From assembly GCF_009914755.1 (NCBI RefSeq), contig NC_060934.1: 64,000 nucleotides of DNA. One strand, written 5' to 3'. Position 1 is the first letter of the stretch, and every line of letters begins with the position of its first letter. The translations under genes and the position numbers were made by a program. This document shows positions 58,566 through 64,000 of the stretch, one piece after another. This DNA comes from the human T2T-CHM13v2.0 reference genome, Homo sapiens. Under the pieces are notes generated by a model. The model was given only the letters and a program-made list of their open reading frames with translations. It was not told the origin of the DNA and made no database searches.

Positions 58566-61379
58566 AAGAGTCAACTATAATTTCACACAAATATATGCCT
58601 TCTGGCTTCTTTTGAAAAGCAGGAAGAACTGCCACCCTGGGCCTGCCCTCCTATAGAGTAATGATGGCTGGCGCTGGGTGGCAGCTGTCCCCTTTGGATA
58701 GGACATGAGCGCTCCAGCTTACCAAATCCTCACCACTCCCTATTGTCTCCCCAATATTGAGATGAAGAGTCACCTTATGCCTGGCTCAATTTACTCCTTA
58801 ATACACCAGATTTTGTTCGGCAGTTAAGCTTGCAATCGCTGTTGCGATGCCTCCAGATCCCCTTGCCGCATCTAGTCTCTATAACTTGTAGGAGGTTCAA
58901 GCCTTTATATTCAGTGTTGAATAAGACTGGTATACAGTCCAAAAGAACAACACGCTAAGGTATGATACATAACCATCCAGTTACTTCCCCACAGCAACTG
59001 GATTTCCTTGCCCATAAAATGGGGCAGAAGCTGTAGATACTCTCTGAAGCCCTTCTAGTTTCAACCTTCTAGGGGTTAATCCACCTCACTGCTCCCCTTG
59101 TTCCTGTACACCAACCCTGTTAAAATTCATATACCTGAAAATTGGAATTTTTCCCCTTTTTCCTATGTTTGGCATTTGTTGAAATCTTAATTACTTGAAA
59201 GCTAGCCCGAGTTGTCAGTGACAGAACACTGCCCGTGTAGACGACCAGAATCCCCCTCAAAACCTTATCATGATCCACTAGACAGGAGGCCACCATATGT
59301 GCAAAAAAATTCTCCTAACCTGTCAGAAAGCTCTACTGAGGGCTGGTGGGTCTTATAAAGAGGCCAGAGATTCAGTGGGCCTGAAAATTAAGCTTCCTTC
59401 TCTCTCTTGGAATTCACTTGCTGCACTCAGGTCTGAGGCAGCTTAATCCAGGAGAGATGGAACCGGAAAACCCTCTTGTGTGAGGTCCTGTATCCAGTGT
59501 TTCAGTCCTTTGCTAATGGAGTTGCCACTGAGAGCTATTAAGCACCACCATGGCCCCGGGGCTCATTCCAGGCATGGGGGAAGGTGGGAAGAAGGTGGAA
59601 GGCACAGCTCCTGCAAAGTGATTTTGGGGGAGAGACTCTAGTGAGAAAGAAGTTTCCATGGAACAACACAAATAGATTCTGCCTCATGTAAATACATTTT
59701 TCTAGCAAATAATGTCCTTGACTTTTTTCCCTTCAAAAATGCCCAAGAGTACAATCCATCTTGTGGCTTGTTACTAGTTATGCAGCATGTAGGGAAAATA
59801 TGACTAAAAGGTATAATTCCAAAATGCACAGCAGAATACATCTTCTCTCTTCAAAATGAATTTATTTGGTCATTGCCCAGCTCAAGTCTGTTTTAAATGA
59901 CTCTGTAATACATAGTTTTGACAAAGAATTGAAAATGAAGGGAAAAAATGCGTCACATGAAATGTGATTCAAATGAGAACATATTTATTTTCCACACTAA
60001 AAAATCTAATGAGAAGAGTGGATATCTAGTTTGGAGTTTTTATGTATTTGGTTTTGGACTCAGACTACTGATCATTGTAATATACACTAAAAGCAAACAA
60101 ATAAACAAAACCCACTTAATTTGTTTATCCGTACCCAAGAATCACTCTGAATAATGGTAGGTGAGACCATTGTTTTTAAGTACAGAAAGTAGAAAGTTTA
60201 AAAATATTGGCTTTTATTTATGTAATATATTAGATCAACCTTTCTTTTTCAACTAAAATATATAAAATACTTTGTGGCTTTCTTGCAAATAAAAATGCTC
60301 ATAGAATACATTTTATCTACTAAGGCTGTCAGTAACATTTGGGCTAAAAATGATTTATTTTTCTTTGGCCTCTTTGGATCTTCTGGCTTCAACTTCTCTG
60401 TTTTATATCTGCCTTCAACAAATTGCTGGATTTTTCAGGATGAGGAGTACATGGTTGCTTCTAGAAAAATGCTTCACAAAACAGTACAAAAACCTAGCTT
60501 GACACTTTCATCACATCGTAAAAGAACAACGATTCCAGGATCCTTCCCCTTTAAGGGAAAGTGGAATTGAACACAGGCCATGAGCTAAGTGAAATTGAAT
60601 CCCAGACAGTCCCCCAGTTCTGCCATTTTTAACCCATTGTTACTTGATAAACATTAGAATCATCTCGTGGCAGCAGAGCTCTGTGGTAAGGAGTGCATAG
60701 GTAAAAAGTGCATAGGTGTGTGCCCAATGGACACAAGTGCATTGGGCTGGGGTTTCTTTAACGTCATGTTGAGCCCTGTGATTCCTTACTCTCGCTTTTT
60801 CCCTAATATCCTCACAATTTGAAAATAACTAATCTACCTTCCCTGATATTAAAATTAGCTCCTGGAGCATTTCACTAATTGTACCATCATCGATATTCAT
60901 GCTCTTTTAAATAAATAAATTTTACCTTTTAGGATAAATTTATAATTACTTGCTTTGCGCATTTCCCCCCTTCTAGGCAATGACCTATTTTTAATTGAGG
61001 TTTTCTGGTCTCCTATAGGGATAGATCATAAAATCTGAGCTCTAAATGAAGAATTGCATTTTTAATGTTATGTAATTTAACCACTTCTGAGGAGTAAAAT
61101 AGATGAAAATGATTGCTTTGCCTACTGGGCCAAGTAAGGGTCCTGTCTGCGGAATTCCCCGCTGTGGGAAAGTGGGGAGGTCTTTGCTACCGGAGATGCA
61201 GGTGTGGTCTTGATGCTTCCAACAGCCCCCATTCCGAAACGTGCTTAACAGAGCCATAGCCAGCACCTTGCTGAGGCTTCCTAATCATGCCTGGATCTTG
61301 TTGTAATGGGTTTCCATAGTTTCAGGGAATAGAAAATTCTTTCTTAACTTCAACACATAAAATTGTTTTGGGGAGGGGG

Positions 61380-61600
61380 GTTCTGGACTATGCTTTCCCT
61401 GGCTGGCTCTGCCACTTATTTTCTGAGAGTCCTGGAGCAAGTCATCTCGCTGTATTCAGCTCGCTTCCTCACCTATGAAATGCCAAGAACATCATCACGT
61501 ACATGCAGCTGGGTTATAACAAAGATTAAATGAGGTATTAATGTGGAAACTGCTTGACCCCTTGATCAGCACATGATGAGCACTGATATAAAATTAGATG
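61380..61600 (+). mobile_element. MIR
   Basis: ggctctgccactta...gagcaagtca...ttcctcacctatgaaatg...aagattaaatgag. Confidence 0.75.
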
Positions 61601-62134
61601 ACAGAACTTATCACTATTCACCTTGTAGAGACAAGGTCTTAGAAAATACATTTAAAGAGCCTCCTCCCTCTCCGATCCTGAAAGTCAGTCCATGGAAAGC
61701 TCCAAGCCTTGTCAACCTAATGTCAACAGCACCTTGAGGATCTTTATACACCACGTAAGAGGCCTTTTAAGAGGACTGTTTATTCGTCACATTTTAGGTC
61801 TAATAATAACATTAATAATTATTCATGGTGGATAAAGGTAATCAGGAAACAAACTGATTGCTAGCGACATCGGGAAGGACACATCAAGGCCATGGCATGA
61901 ACCATGACGTCGTCTTGCTCAGGGAAATCGACACCAGAAACCACTGAACTGACGAGAGCCTCGAGGACGGGGCTGAGTAGAGTCCATGGGGAGAGCGAGG
62001 CCCTGACGCCCACTTCTGTCTCCACTCAGAATACCCTGTTGTGACATTGAATCTTGGTCAGTTCTTAAAACCTGGAAGTCCTGGGCAGAGGGGCCATTTG
62101 TAGATTATTCTAGGGGGTCTACATCTGCCTCATG

Positions 62135-62750
62135 CATGCCTTCATTCATTCATTCATTCACTCAATACTTACCAGGCCTCTGAACACACACCAGGGCCCA
62201 CACTGAGTATTGGGAATATAGTGAAGAACAGAACTTACCTGGTCCCTGTCCTGGTGGGGTGCTTACAGTCACCTGAAGAAGACAGATATCTTCCACAAAT
62301 AATAACCACACAAATAAATAAATCATTGCAAATTGCAATACAGGTTATCAAAGGGAAAGACAAGTTGCTATGGGGGTCACAGAGGGACTGTTTCCAGAAG
62401 GTGGGGGTCGTGAATGCTGCTCTGAGGAGTGACTTTTAAGATGAGACCTGAAGAATGAGTAGGAGTGGGCGGGTAAATCCTGGGAGGAGAACATTCAAGG
62501 CTGATGGGTTTCATGAGTGGAGGACCTGGTGTAGTTTAAGGAGCTGGAAGGTCAGCAGCATGTCTGGGGCTGGGGAAGGGAGCAATAGTGGCTGGCAGGT
62601 GACATGGCAGTAGCGGGGCCAGGAGCCAACCAGGCAGGGCCTTTTGTATATGGCATAGATCTGTAGTTTTGTCTTAAGTGTAAATAGAAACAACCTAAAG
62701 TCTGAAGGAGGAGAACAAAGTGATCAGAATTGCAGTTTGAAAAGATACCC
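62135..62750 (-). mobile_element. L2 3' part
   Basis: (ttca)n terminus; ggtccctgtcctggtggggtgcttacagtc; tgagacctgaagaatgagtaggag. Confidence 0.82.
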
Positions 62751-62754
62751 AGTG

Positions 62755-63051
62755 GGCCAGGCACGGTGGCTTGTGCTTGTAATCCCAGCACTTTGGGAGG
62801 CCGAGTCAGGCTGAGTCGCTTGAGCCCAGGAGTTTGAGACCATCCTGGGCAATGTGGTGAAACCCCATCTTTCAAAAAAAAAAAAAATTAGCCAGGCATG
62901 GTGGTGCACACCTGTAGCCCAAGCTCCTTGGGAGGCTGAGGTGGGAGGTTCACCTGAACCTGGGAAGTCAAGGTTACAGTGAGCCATGTTGGCAACACTG
63001 CACTTCAGCCTGGACATGGGAGTAAGAACTTGTCTCAAAAAAAAAAAAAAA
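62755..63051 (+). mobile_element. AluJ
   Basis: Alu dimer; TSD at[a/c]cccagtg. Confidence 0.93.
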
Positions 63052-63524
63052 TCCCCAGTGCTTTATGAAAGCTAATTCAAAGAGGCAGGACAGCAAATGG
63101 TGGGATGGGGTGAGGGAGTAACCGAGGAGGCCAGGCAGAATCGGAAATAATTAGTTATCATTTTTGTTATTTAGTCCAACCTCAGTCCAGACTACTGGAA
63201 CTATTGAAGAGGTAGCATGATAATGCCCTGGTGAGTCTGAGATTTAATTCTAACCAGGTTCAGAATAGCCCCTTAAAACTGCCCTCTGGATTGAGAGAAT
63301 TCTCATATTTGAAACCCTGGTGAAGGCAGAGACAGCCACAGAATCGCTCCCCTCGGGGATGAGCGTTCAATTCCTCACCCCCGAAACCACGTTGTTTTAC
63401 TCCTTTGCCAACTGGAGACTAAACCAAGAGAAGTCAAAAGACACTTTGCTCCTTGGTGCTTATTAAAATGGCAAGTAGACTGAGGGCGGAAATGAAAATG
63501 GAAGAATTTGACCTGTGATCCAGA

Positions 63525-64000
63525 TGGCCTGGCAGTCAGGGTCCAGTCAGGAGCTGGACCTGCAGACGGCACTGCAGTTATTTTAACAAGTGAATTTAAC
63601 ATAAAGAATTATTAACCAGGTATTATAGAACTGAAAAGACGAAAAGTAAACATGAAGGTATAGAGTGTGGAGAACAGAAAGAAGCGGAATTATCAAAGCT
63701 TAGAAGCTTGGAGGAAGGTCTCTGTGAGACTGGGACCCAGATTTTTAAGCAGGAGGGGCTGCTTGGCTGGTAGGGCAGGTAAACCTAGAGGTGACACGGT
63801 GGGGCTGATTCTGGGGACGTTGGTGGAAGAACTGAAAACGAATCAACTGCTTCTCCTGGAACAAACTGATGCTGATAGGAACAGAAAGCAGAGTCCCGCC
63901 TCCATCTCTCAGCCTTGCAGCCTCCCGCTAGCGCCCTCTATTGGCAGTTCCCCACAGGGAGCAGCTGGCGAAACAAACATGGGGTTTGTTGGGTCCCAGC
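63525..64000 (-). mobile_element. ERVL LTR, LTR41-like; runs off the right edge
   Basis: cagtcagggtccagtcaggag...tgaatttaacataaagaattattaac...gcctcccgctagcgccctctattggcag. Confidence 0.65.
63928..63946 (-). promoter_or_regulatory. CTCF core motif
   Basis: Minus strand tgccaatagagggcgctag is close to the consensus CCASYAGRKGGCRS. Confidence 0.65.

Larger units (their letters stand above)
57769..58810. mobile_element. MER102-like hAT element split by Tigger2a and an Alu
   Basis: Left part gcctgcagaggtgttttgtttgaccc; right part ttctggcttcttttgaaaa...gcagctgtccccttt...caccactccctattgtctc. Confidence 0.65.

Noticed and set aside
63345-63366. GC-rich hairpin cgctcccctcggggatgagcg
   Set aside because: Too short for a miRNA, snoRNA or tRNA; no box motifs

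Overview
This is primate (human-like) genomic DNA, intronic or intergenic. It is dominated by interspersed repeats: L1 of several ages, about 16 Alu copies or fragments, MaLR/ERVL/ERV1 LTRs, Tigger/Charlie DNA transposons, L2 and MIR. I could not support any host protein-coding gene, RNA gene or CRISPR array. The recognisable peptides in the ORF track are decayed L1 ORF2 and HERV-L gag/protease; a Tigger transposase N-terminus is also readable by hand. Best observations: (1) a 240-bp, ~96% identical local templated duplication with an iterated 11-bp junction repeat (12252-13780); (2) a twin-primed, 5'-inverted L1PA with a TSD (37456-38578); (3) a complete MST LTR-int-LTR provirus nested in an old L1 that keeps its 5' end; (4) an LTR-less HERV-L gag-pro fragment; (5) DUX4 motifs in THE1 LTRs and a strong CTCF motif in an LTR41-like element; (6) a repeat-poor 50-53 kb island with regulatory and splice-like signals. 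I found no evidence for a new biological system. Subfamily names come from remembered consensus sequences, and boundaries of old repeats are approximate.
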